From Planctomycetota bacterium (GTDB taxonomy: Bacteria > Latescibacterota > UBA2968 > UBA8231), in assembly GCA_047616505.1 (NCBI GenBank), contig JBLHGI010000003.1, positions 1 to 54,511 of the forward strand: a stretch of DNA of 54,511 nt. Reading direction: 5' to 3'. The notes under the pieces are model-generated. The model ran no database searches. It was not told where the DNA came from and was given only the letters and a program-made list of their open reading frames with translations. The position numbers and the translations under genes are program-made. Below are positions 1 through 8,506 of this stretch, one piece after another; the stretch's first letter is position 1; each line of letters opens with the position of its first letter.

Positions 1-126
1 TGTCCGGGGGGTCCACCACAAGCACCGTGTCCGGGGGATCCACCACAAGCACCGTGTCCGGGGGGTCCACCACAAGCACCGTGTCCGGGGGGTCCACCAC
101 AAGCACCGTGTCCGGGGGGTCCACCA
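1..126. repeat. 27-bp coding tandem repeat, about 4.7 copies visible
   Basis: Unit tgtccggggggtccaccacaagcaccg at 1, 28 (one substitution), 55, 82 and partial at 109; no spacers; encodes VDPPDTVLV on the minus strand. Confidence 0.95.
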
Positions 127-523
127 GACCACCCGTCGGCTGCGTCGCCTTCATCACAATGTGCACGCGCACCATCTGGTCTGGCGCTACGTCCGTCGTC
201 GTCGCTCCGGCATAGGTCAAGTTGCCTAGCTCGTTAAACGCACTCAGGCGCAACAGGCGAGCTGGACCGGCCGATATACCGCGTATCGAACCGCGCGCCA
301 CACCGTCTTCGCCAATATTGAGATTGCCGCGCAGCGAGTCGCCGTCAGCAACGACGAGGTATTCGACCCATGATACCTGTTCGACAACGATCTTGGGTAA
401 CGGCAGCGCAATTTCAAAGCTGCCGGCCTTATTAATCGATTGCGATGGCTTGCTGCGATCGCAGCCCATTAACAGTAGGAAACACATCAGAGGGTAAAGC
501 CCCATACGACATAACAAAGCCAT
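1..523 (-). CDS. Lipoprotein with a beta-sandwich domain and a (VDPPDTVLV)n repeat; C-terminus lies outside the window (not in supplied ORF track)
   Basis: Manual translation from ATG at 523, which overlaps the upstream TGA (TGATG): MALLCRMGLYPLMCFLLLMGCDRSKPSQSINKAGSFEIALPLPKIVVEQVSWVEYLVVADGDSLRGNL...; lipobox LMGC; frame open to position 1. Confidence 0.85.
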   Translation of the reverse strand, partial: MALLCRMGLYPLMCFLLLMGCDRSKPSQSINKAGSFEIALPLPKIVVEQVSWVEYLVVADGDSLRGNLNIGEDGVARGSIRGISAGPARLLRLSAFNELGNLTYAGATTTDVAPDQMVRVHIVMKATQPTGGLVDPPDTVLVVDPPDTVLVVDPPDTVLVVDPPDTVLVVDPPD

Positions 524-1581
524 CACCCCCCCCCCTCTACGCCTTCAAAAACCGCTTCTACCTCGATCGACCCCCGCGGAATACGCAGCGCCTGCATTTC
601 GATAGCCAGTTCAATCGTCTCGTTTTCCGTCAGCGCTATCAGCGCCGAGCCAAACGCCACGATTTGCCCGCCCTCGTCGTAGGCAAAGAGTTCGACAAGG
701 CGATCGCGACCCGGTTTAATCGAGAGCAGTGTCTTCTGCGCCTTCTGGTCGGCCGTGATCAGCAAATCGCCTTGCAACGTATCTAGATCGGCCGCCGCGA
801 TGATATACTGCACGCGGACTACATCCACACCAATAGGCGCGGCGCTAATCTTTAGCACGCCGTCCGTATGTGAGCGCTGCACGAGCAAACGCATCGCGTC
901 CGTAGCGCTCAGCCCCTGGCTATCTGTCACCGTCAAACGGAACACGTACTCGCCCACTTCTCCGGCCACGACCATCGCCTGCGCCGAAGCGGCCCCTCGA
1001 ATGATCAGCGGCGGCCCTTCGATCTGCACCCAAGCGTATTCTAAGCTGGTATCCTCAGCATCTGAGCTACCGCTGCCGTCCAAGAGCACCGCTTCTTGGA
1101 TTTCGGCCTGTAGGTCGCGCCCAGAGCGCGCTATCGGTGCCGTATTCGGCGTGTTATCCGAAGGTTTACCGCCGTTCGGGTCCGTCACCTGCAAGACCAT
1201 CTCGTCGGCAGCGCTCAAGCCTTGGCCATCCGTCACCGTCAGACGAAAGACATAGATGCCCTCTTGCGCGGGCGTTACCTGCGCGCGGCCGCTGCCGGCA
1301 TTCTGTATGCTGATAGATGGACCTTCGACCTGGGCCCAGGAATAATTCAACAAGCTGTTGTCGGCAGCGCCGCTATCCGTGCCATCTAAAATGACGACCT
1401 CGCGCACCTGCGAGCGCAGGTCTTGACCCGCATCGGCACTGGGCGTCTCCGTCAGCGGAGACGAGGTGGGCGGAGATTCACAGGCCCAGAGCGCAAGGAC
1501 TGCCCAAAGCGTAAATCCCATATACAGGGAGTATTTCATAAACCATTCGAGCCACACCAAGTGCAGGGGCTGGGGAAACAC
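523..1581 (-). CDS. Lipoprotein with two PKD/K319L-like Ig domains and a C-terminal beta-sandwich domain
   Basis: Lipobox LWAC; two repeats A.[AS]G.DL...LDG..S...L.Y.W.Q.EGP...G.YVFRLTVTD.QGLSA.D; true start probably the internal MKYSLY. Confidence 0.85.
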   Translation of the reverse strand: MFPQPLHLVWLEWFMKYSLYMGFTLWAVLALWACESPPTSSPLTETPSADAGQDLRSQVREVVILDGTDSGAADNSLLNYSWAQVEGPSISIQNAGSGRAQVTPAQEGIYVFRLTVTDGQGLSAADEMVLQVTDPNGGKPSDNTPNTAPIARSGRDLQAEIQEAVLLDGSGSSDAEDTSLEYAWVQIEGPPLIIRGAASAQAMVVAGEVGEYVFRLTVTDSQGLSATDAMRLLVQRSHTDGVLKISAAPIGVDVVRVQYIIAAADLDTLQGDLLITADQKAQKTLLSIKPGRDRLVELFAYDEGGQIVAFGSALIALTENETIELAIEMQALRIPRGSIEVEAVFEGVEGGG

Positions 1582-1627
1582 CGATGGGGCAGTGTAGAGA
1601 AAACTATTGGGCTGTAAAAGACGCGTT

Positions 1628-2374
1628 TTAAACCGCGCGTCTCATCCTTTTGTTCTTCGGCACAGAATCTTGTTTTTTTAGCGATTTATCTCGCCACTGG
1701 TAGAGTCGGTGCACGGGTAGGGCAATCTGCTTGTGCGAAAAGCCAAGTCTCCAAGTAACGATCTCGCGCCGAAGGGCAAAAAACCACACTCCTACTACCA
1801 ACGCATAGCGACCCCATATGTTCCATTGGGCAAGTATGGCGCTATACCACACCTTGCGTTCGGCAGAAAAATGCGCGCGAAACTCCACCATCAAATCGCC
1901 GCGCATTCGCGTCGGCGGCATGGCGTTGATATGGTCCCAAATAGCGATATAAGACCCCATAAAAAAACTCGTCACATGCGTGGCCCACAGCAAGAGCAAA
2001 ACGCCGACAATCCAGCGGATCTTCCACCAGACGCCCTTCTGTGGCGAAACGGCAAGCAGAGCCGTCGCAGCAATAATATTGAGGTAAATCGCCTCGTAAC
2101 TATGCGCCTGTAGCCGGAGCATGCTCCCATCCAAGCGCTCATAGGCCAATACGAGCGCTCTACCGTGCAGCTCCAATTGTACCGGCAACGACCACGCGCT
2201 AAAGAGCGCATTGAGCGCCGGCTCCAACAAAGCCACATAGAGGGGAGATACCAGCTGCCAAAAGCCAAAGAGCAGACCAGCCATAGCCACAAAACGGGCC
2301 AGAAAGAGTAGGGGGCCGCTCATGGGATTTCCCTCCGCTCTACCACTACGACCTCGCGCACCCAGTACATCCAC
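1628..2374 (-). CDS. Multi-pass membrane protein, exosortase H-associated-like
   Basis: Several TM helices; directly follows the exosortase; likely start MSGPLL (ATG at 2323) overlapping the exosortase stop as ATGA; lacks the catalytic Cys motif. Confidence 0.6.
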   Translation of the reverse strand: MDVLGARGRSGRAEGNPMSGPLLFLARFVAMAGLLFGFWQLVSPLYVALLEPALNALFSAWSLPVQLELHGRALVLAYERLDGSMLRLQAHSYEAIYLNIIAATALLAVSPQKGVWWKIRWIVGVLLLLWATHVTSFFMGSYIAIWDHINAMPPTRMRGDLMVEFRAHFSAERKVWYSAILAQWNIWGRYALVVGVWFFALRREIVTWRLGFSHKQIALPVHRLYQWRDKSLKKQDSVPKNKRMRRAV

Positions 2375-2862
2375 AAGAATAGCACAAAACCGATATTGAC
2401 TAGCACCATGATATAGACGTGAAAGAGCTCTATCTGGGCGGGCACAAAACGCGCGACCAAGCCCATAATAGTCAAACGCAGGGTGCTGTAGACAATAAAA
2501 GCAGGCAGCACGAGCGCCACGCCCTTCGCCTTATCAGCCAACGATGCGGGATAGGCCAGCACAGCAGCCAAACACATGAAAAGCGCGAAGATACCCGTAC
2601 ACTCAAAGGTGACCAAATAGACTATATCGCGCACCGCTAGCTGGCAGACACCCGTCGCGAGCAACGCCTCGCCCAGACGCGCATCGATACCCAGCCCAGT
2701 GAGCAACCAGGCAGCCGCATAAGAGATGGGGTACATGTAGAAGTCGACGAGCGGCATGCGCAAAAGTTCAAATAGTAGCGCTAGCCCCCCTAACCACACG
2801 ACAAAAAGGGCACAGAACTGCAGGCCAGCTCGCTCCTTCCACATCCCCCGTAAAGACTCCAA
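2320..2862 (-). CDS. xrtH: Exosortase/archaeosortase family transpeptidase, most like XrtH
   Basis: Cys-Arg-His triad in the expected order: VTFECTG...AAVLAYPA...STLRL...LFHVY...LWMYW; TTG start with AGAGG upstream; subfamily call is tentative. Confidence 0.8.
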   Translation of the reverse strand: MESLRGMWKERAGLQFCALFVVWLGGLALLFELLRMPLVDFYMYPISYAAAWLLTGLGIDARLGEALLATGVCQLAVRDIVYLVTFECTGIFALFMCLAAVLAYPASLADKAKGVALVLPAFIVYSTLRLTIMGLVARFVPAQIELFHVYIMVLVNIGFVLFLWMYWVREVVVVERREIP

Positions 2863-2905
2863 TATAGTTTCCTCTACACTCTATACCCGATAAAGGCTAC
2901 TCTCC

Positions 2906-3037
2906 TTATACAGGCAACAACCACTGCAGCCCCAGGGGCAGTACCGTACCCAATACGGCGATGAGCAAACCCAATGCACCCAATAGAGCACCGCGACCCA
3001 TCAATAGAAAAAATTCTGCTATACGCGTGCTTAACAT
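2906..3037 (-). CDS. Unannotated 43-aa hydrophobic small protein
   Basis: MLSTRIAEFFLLMGRGALLGALGLLIAVLGTVLPLGLQWLLPV*; AGGGA upstream of the ATG; same strand as, and 43 nt upstream of, the exosortase. Confidence 0.55.
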   Translation of the reverse strand: MLSTRIAEFFLLMGRGALLGALGLLIAVLGTVLPLGLQWLLPV

Positions 3038-3185
3038 GCCGATTTCCCTGTCTATACATAAACCGAAATGCGAGAGCGGCGGCCTCCCTGGCCCTTAAAT
3101 ACTATAGTAGCTCTCTATTCGGTTTATCGGCATCTACAGCACGAGCTTTAGCATTTATCTATAAATCTGGCTTACAGATAAATAC
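3036..3185 (-). promoter_or_regulatory. Structured intergenic leader with two stem-loops, one pairing with the small-ORF start codon
   Basis: ataaaccgaa..gagagc/gctctc..ttcggtttat stem at 3058-3127, extended by atgccgat(3036-3043)/atcggcat(3126-3133); separate 14-bp hairpin at 3151-3185 whose mismatches are G-U pairs on the minus strand. Confidence 0.5.
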
Positions 3186-3248
3186 ACAAAACGACTAAGA
3201 TTATCTTTTGTTGCGTTAGTTAATGAAAAACAAAGAGAAAGGTGATGT

Positions 3249-6200
3249 TTATTTTACCAACATCATGCGCTGTGTTTGCACGCGTTCACCGGCGACCAAG
3301 CGATAGAAATACACGCCACTGGCCAGCGTGGTGCCGCGATCGTCGCGGCTATCCCAACGCAGTCGGTGGCTGCCCGCATCGAGACGGCCTTGGACCAGCG
3401 TGCGCACTTTCTGACCCAGCGCATTAAACACATCCAGCGACGCGAGCGCGTCATTGGGCAAATCAAAGCGGATGAGGGTTTCCGCGTTGAAGGGATTGGG
3501 CATATTCTCGTGCAGAGCAAAGCGCAGCGGTTGCACAGCTAGTAGCTGCGCCCCGTTTAAGCGCGCGCTAATGCGGCCGCCGTTAAAATGCCCTGAAAGC
3601 GCTTTTACCTGCGCTTTGGCATCCGTCGGATAGATGCGGAATAGTTCGCCGTTGCCACTGAGCGGACGCGGGCCGGCAAAGGATACGTGCAGACCGTCCT
3701 CGGCATTGTGGTAGACCATCTCGAAGAGTTCCATCTCCACCGCCATTTCCACCCGGCCCTCAATGCCTTCTAAGACCAGGTCGGCGGCAATGATCTCGCT
3801 GCGATCTTCGAGTTGGACGGCGATAAAATCCGTATGCGATTGCACCGCCAAAAAGCGCTCGCTAACTACGGGTTTTGCGTTGTTGCTCGTTTCGGGCTGC
3901 GGTTGGTTCTGCGAGCTAGACTCCTGCACCGGAAAGCGCGCGATCATGCCCAAACGCCGCTGAATGGCCAACGCGGCATCAAAGGCCGTAATCGAACTAT
4001 AGGGTGCATTCGCATCTAAGTTGGCCACCAGCGAGTCGCGGCCCGTCAATAGGGCATGACCAACGGCATGTGAAAGGATGAGCGCGCCGTCAAAGGCCTG
4101 TAGCACACCGCTGCCGTCGGCATCGCCTAGTACCACGACCTGATGCGTGTCGAGCAGCGCATTGACCGGCCCTGCCATGCTGAGCGGATCGTCGTATTGC
4201 ACGAAGAGCGTGTCGCCGGCCTGGGCTTGCATGACACCATCGTCATTGGCCCCTCCCGCACCAAAAATCGTGGCGAGCTGGCCAAAGAAGATCGTGTCAT
4301 CGACGCTCTGCTCGGTGAGCACCACGCTTTCGCTCTCACCGCTGCGGCTATTCTGCAGCGTAGCGTTAAATACCTCGACGGCGAGCGGATCGATATTGAG
4401 GTCGACGTCTTTGACCTTGACGCGCACGGTATCGCCCGGCTCGGAGATGACCGTCGCTTCCACCGTACCATCGTTGCCCAGCAGCGTCACCGAACCCGAC
4501 GAAGTGTCGTTCCAGTCGGACTCACCGCCATTAAAGGTCAATTGCACCAAGGCCACCTGCGAGGTAATGGCATCGCGCAACTTGTTGACGAAGAAGTTGA
4601 GATTCAGAAAAAGGCCTTTGCTCGTCAACGGCGCCCCCAGGTTGGTGGCCATCACCTTCAGGGTGTCGATGGGCTCGACACTGCCCGCAGAAATGGTATA
4701 ACCCAGAGACCAGGTGCTGGCCAGCGTGCCGCTATTGTCCAGACCGGTAAAGGTCAGCAAGTTGCGATTGAAGGAGATATCCATAACGGATTCGGCCACC
4801 AACATGCCACTAGTCGAATCGATATTGACCGCTAGCGTTAACGGCTGGCCATAAGAAGCCGAGGTCGAGCTAATGGATACTTTCAGATAAGGTGTAACGC
4901 CGAATATGAGATAGGCTTCGCCCGATAGGCTATTAGCACCTTGAGCACCGATGAGCAGGTCGTCCACCCCATCGCCATTGACATCGCCGCCGCTGGACGC
5001 GAGACCGAGATAATCGTTACCAGCAGCACCCAGCACCTCTATGCTTAGAAAATTTGGATTGCCGGAAATTGCAAGATCGATATATGCGGGCAGCGTCTGC
5101 TGACCCCAAACCCCATGGACTGCGCCGGAATACAAGCCATTAGTAGTAGAAGAGAAGGGAGCATCCATTATCAAATCGGCATAGCCATCGCCGTTGTAGT
5201 TGATGGCAGCCACATCCCAGCCCAGATAAGCGTACTCCCCATTGCCATCTATGATGAGGTCGGCAGTGCCGCCAGCTGATAGATCGATAAAATCCGAAAC
5301 GATGGCCGATCCAAAAAATACGTATGTTCGCCCCTCGAATAAGGAGCCGAAGGTCGGCGCTCCGACGATGAGGTCGTCGTAGCCATCGCGATTTACGTCG
5401 CCGCCATCCACGCTATTGGAAAAAAGATCAGCAACAGCATTGCCGCGCACCCTCAGGTCCGCACTCGTCAATAGATCGATATGGGTCGTCGGCGCAGCGC
5501 TACCCAGCACCACGTAGGCTTCGCCCCGATTGTTGCCACCAGTGGCCGCTGAGGCACCGATGATCACGTCATCTATGTCATCGCCGTTCATGTCTAATGT
5601 GGCCAGCGAAGTGCCCGCGCCATCGCCTATAGCTCGTCCAAAGATCTTGACATCCACTGAATCAGTCGCCAGGTCTATAGTGGCCGGCAGACCAGCAGTG
5701 TCACCATAGATGATATAAGTAATACCGGCATTGAGGCGACCGGGCGGCGAGGCATCGGGAGCAGAAACGGCTATATCTATCAAGTTGTCACCGTTAAAGT
5801 CTCCCGTAGCTAAACTCGCACCTAGCAGATCGGCCTCTTCGGCACCACTCAACTCCATATCGGCACTTGTCGAACTAAGATCTATAGAGGCTGGTAGCGT
5901 AGCCTGGCCGAATATTATATAGACCTGTCCGGCGGCGCCGCGACCATAGGGATCAGCTGATCGAGTGCCGATGAGCAAGTCGCCGTATCCATCGTTATTG
6001 ACATCGGCTACTTCCAGCGCGGGATAGCCCAACTCGTCGTTGGCAGTTCGCCCCAGCACCACCATATCGGCCTGAGTTGCCAGGTTCACAGTCGCAGTCG
6101 GGGACGCACTGCCGCGCACTATGTAGATCTTTCCCGCCCTGTAGCGTCCACCTGGTGAGGCGCGGGAAGCACTTATGATCATCTCTGCATATCCATCGCC

Positions 6201-6428
6201 ATCGAGGTCGCCGACTATCACAGCAGCGCCGGTTTCGTCGTTTGCCCCACCTCCCAATAGGCGCACATCGCCATTTCCCGCACCCAGATCAATCGTTGTG
6301 TTGGTTTGGGCATAGCCCCACTCGGCACAGACCAGCACTACTACCCCTACTACCAAGGGCAATAGCATTCCTGTGTCCCGCAGGGCGCGCATCGCTTTAT
6401 TTTTTATTTGATCAATCATTGGATTCAA
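3249..6428 (-). CDS. Secreted FG-GAP (integrin-alpha-like) propeller + cohesin + Ig-like repeat + dockerin + FlgD-Ig/T9SS-like CTD protein
   Basis: Seven GD[LVF][DN]GDG..D[LM]IIGA-type blades; cohesin-like segment (ISFNRNLLTF...GLFLNLNF...FNGG); dockerin LGDADGSGVLQAFDGALIL...ITAFDAALAIQ; NMPNPFN...RMMLVK end; start may be a downstream ATG. Confidence 0.88.
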   Translation of the reverse strand: MNPMIDQIKNKAMRALRDTGMLLPLVVGVVVLVCAEWGYAQTNTTIDLGAGNGDVRLLGGGANDETGAAVIVGDLDGDGYAEMIISASRASPGGRYRAGKIYIVRGSASPTATVNLATQADMVVLGRTANDELGYPALEVADVNNDGYGDLLIGTRSADPYGRGAAGQVYIIFGQATLPASIDLSSTSADMELSGAEEADLLGASLATGDFNGDNLIDIAVSAPDASPPGRLNAGITYIIYGDTAGLPATIDLATDSVDVKIFGRAIGDGAGTSLATLDMNGDDIDDVIIGASAATGGNNRGEAYVVLGSAAPTTHIDLLTSADLRVRGNAVADLFSNSVDGGDVNRDGYDDLIVGAPTFGSLFEGRTYVFFGSAIVSDFIDLSAGGTADLIIDGNGEYAYLGWDVAAINYNGDGYADLIMDAPFSSTTNGLYSGAVHGVWGQQTLPAYIDLAISGNPNFLSIEVLGAAGNDYLGLASSGGDVNGDGVDDLLIGAQGANSLSGEAYLIFGVTPYLKVSISSTSASYGQPLTLAVNIDSTSGMLVAESVMDISFNRNLLTFTGLDNSGTLASTWSLGYTISAGSVEPIDTLKVMATNLGAPLTSKGLFLNLNFFVNKLRDAITSQVALVQLTFNGGESDWNDTSSGSVTLLGNDGTVEATVISEPGDTVRVKVKDVDLNIDPLAVEVFNATLQNSRSGESESVVLTEQSVDDTIFFGQLATIFGAGGANDDGVMQAQAGDTLFVQYDDPLSMAGPVNALLDTHQVVVLGDADGSGVLQAFDGALILSHAVGHALLTGRDSLVANLDANAPYSSITAFDAALAIQRRLGMIARFPVQESSSQNQPQPETSNNAKPVVSERFLAVQSHTDFIAVQLEDRSEIIAADLVLEGIEGRVEMAVEMELFEMVYHNAEDGLHVSFAGPRPLSGNGELFRIYPTDAKAQVKALSGHFNGGRISARLNGAQLLAVQPLRFALHENMPNPFNAETLIRFDLPNDALASLDVFNALGQKVRTLVQGRLDAGSHRLRWDSRDDRGTTLASGVYFYRLVAGERVQTQRMMLVK

Positions 6429-8489
6429 CTATTTCAACAGAGTCATTTTATGCACCGCCCAGAAAGTACCGCTCTCCAAACGATAGAAATACATGCCGGC
6501 GCCCACGCCAGCGCCGAGCTCATCGCGTCCATCCCAGCGCACCACGTGCGCTCCAGCAACCTGCGCACCCTGTACTAAGGTCCGCACTTTCTGGCCCAGC
6601 GCATTAAACACCGTCAACTGCACCAGCCCTTCTTTTGCCAATTCGTAGCGGATCAACGTCTCCGGGTTAAACGGATTCGGCGTATTCGGCAACAGGCGAA
6701 ACTGCTGTGGACGCGGCGCGTTCGCCGCCGCATTCACTCGGCCTACAATCCGCCCATCGTTAAAGCGCGCAGATTCTATCCTCGGCGTCTGCCCCACCCC
6801 ATAGAGCCGCAGCAATTCGCCGCCGCCCGCCAACGGCCTCCCACCCGCCAAGGCAATACGCATGCCTTCCTCGCTCTGGCGCCAGGCGACGAGAAAACCT
6901 GCCGCTTCCGTCTCGACACGACCGCTAAAATCTCGGATAAAAATCTCCCCTGCAACGATGCCATCGCGTTCGGCCAAGTGCACGGTCCAATAACCCTCGC
7001 CACCGACAAGCTCTATGCTGCGTTCCACCACTAGTATTTTCGGCGCGCTGCTGCTCTCGGGCTGCGGATGGTTGGCCGATGTTTTTTCCTGTACCGGAAA
7101 ATGGCCGATCAGCCCGACGCGTTTTTGCAAAACCAAACTGGCGTCAAACGAAGTGACCTGGCCAAAGGGGGCTAGGTCGTCGACGTTGGCGCTGAGCGAA
7201 TCCAAACCCGTCAACGTCGCACTGCCCACGACATGGGCCAGTATCTCAGCCGCATCAAAACCGCGCAACTGGCCGTTGCCGCTGGCATCGCCCCAGGGGT
7301 CGAGCACCTGGCAGGTGTCGCGCACGTTCTCCGCTTGCCCTGTGCCCGCAGCCAAGTCGATATAGTCGGCTAATACCAAGTCGCCGCGCTGTATATTCAG
7401 TGCGCTATCGCCGACGGCACCCGCTCCCGTGCCAAAAACCGTAAAGGCGCGGCCGACAAATATATTTGTGTTATCACCCGTCTCGTTGAGCTGGATCGTC
7501 TCGCTCTCAAGTGTCGTGTTGTTGACGAGAGAAATGATAGCGATATCCACCTGCGCCGTATTCGCATTTAAATCGACATCCACCACGCGCACGCGCAGTG
7601 TGTCGGCTGCCTGCGCCGCATTAGTCACTTCGATTGTACCTAGGGTTCCAAGAATAAAAATCGTCGCCGCGCAGCGCTGGGTCGTATTGCCGTTGGCATC
7701 GAGTGAATCGTCAAAGCAGAAAGATCCTTGCTGGCCCAGTTGTATCTGCACAGTGCCATCGCCGACCGTAAAACCCGGTGAAAAAGCAGCGTTGATCGAG
7801 CCTTCGAACTGACCGCTGGCAACGCCGGTCTCCACCGCCGTAAAGCTCTCGCTATCGCCGTTATTGCTCACCGTGACGAGTAGATTCTCGACGCTGCCGC
7901 CGTTGCGGTTGGCATCGGCGTCTATAATGGTAATAGCGATCGGACCGTTGCTGCCCGTCTGCTGTGGGTCAGTGCTAATGCTGCCGTCTATACCCGTGAT
8001 CTTGAGCGAACCGTTCACCGGTGTCGTCGCTGGCGTGCCCGCGTTCAAGAGCACGTGCTCCAACGTCAACGCCGCCAAGGTCGGCACATAGAACGTACCC
8101 ATCGTAAAACCCAGATTGAAGAGCACCCCATCCGCTGTCAGCGTATCTACTGTTGTCACCCCGGCGACTTTGAGTGTGTCCAGTGCGGGGCCCGATACGA
8201 CAACCGAGACGAAGAAACCGTTGTTGAGCACCCAGTTGTCCAACAGGCCGCCCGTTGTTGACAAACTGTCGAACGTCACCAGTAATGGGTCATAGGTGAG
8301 GAAGACCTCTACCGACACGATCTGCTCTGGGCTGACGCCAGTCAGGCTAATGGGCACCGTTGCGCTGGCGCCAGACGCGACGTTAACGTTGGCGACTTCT
8401 ACCGTCACCGCAGCCCGCACCGGTGCCGTTGCCAACAGAGAGACGGCCAGCGCGCAGAGGACGATATATAGGATTGCCTTGGGTTTCAT
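6429..8489 (-). CDS. Secreted cohesin + 2 Ig-like repeats + dockerin + FlgD-Ig/T9SS-like CTD protein
   Basis: Signal peptide; cohesin (VPISL...LTYDPLLV...GVLFNLGF...LLNAG); two DAD.N...ETG..[ST]..F.G repeats; dockerin WGDASGNGQLRGFDAAEIL...VTSFDASLVLQ; NTPNPFN...KMTLLK. Confidence 0.88.
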   Translation of the reverse strand: MKPKAILYIVLCALAVSLLATAPVRAAVTVEVANVNVASGASATVPISLTGVSPEQIVSVEVFLTYDPLLVTFDSLSTTGGLLDNWVLNNGFFVSVVVSGPALDTLKVAGVTTVDTLTADGVLFNLGFTMGTFYVPTLAALTLEHVLLNAGTPATTPVNGSLKITGIDGSISTDPQQTGSNGPIAITIIDADANRNGGSVENLLVTVSNNGDSESFTAVETGVASGQFEGSINAAFSPGFTVGDGTVQIQLGQQGSFCFDDSLDANGNTTQRCAATIFILGTLGTIEVTNAAQAADTLRVRVVDVDLNANTAQVDIAIISLVNNTTLESETIQLNETGDNTNIFVGRAFTVFGTGAGAVGDSALNIQRGDLVLADYIDLAAGTGQAENVRDTCQVLDPWGDASGNGQLRGFDAAEILAHVVGSATLTGLDSLSANVDDLAPFGQVTSFDASLVLQKRVGLIGHFPVQEKTSANHPQPESSSAPKILVVERSIELVGGEGYWTVHLAERDGIVAGEIFIRDFSGRVETEAAGFLVAWRQSEEGMRIALAGGRPLAGGGELLRLYGVGQTPRIESARFNDGRIVGRVNAAANAPRPQQFRLLPNTPNPFNPETLIRYELAKEGLVQLTVFNALGQKVRTLVQGAQVAGAHVVRWDGRDELGAGVGAGMYFYRLESGTFWAVHKMTLLK

Positions 8490-8506
8490 AATTATATCCG
8501 CAGCGC

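Noticed and set aside
1-126. Possible CRISPR array
   Set aside because: Repeats are contiguous with no spacers, keep a reading frame, and no cas genes are present
27-497. Plus-strand ORFs 27-215 and 222-497
   Set aside because: Antisense shadows of the minus-strand lipoprotein
2874-3059. 61-aa minus-strand ORF in the track
   Set aside because: The overlapping 43-aa frame has an SD-like site and a coherent hydrophobic sequence; this one has neither
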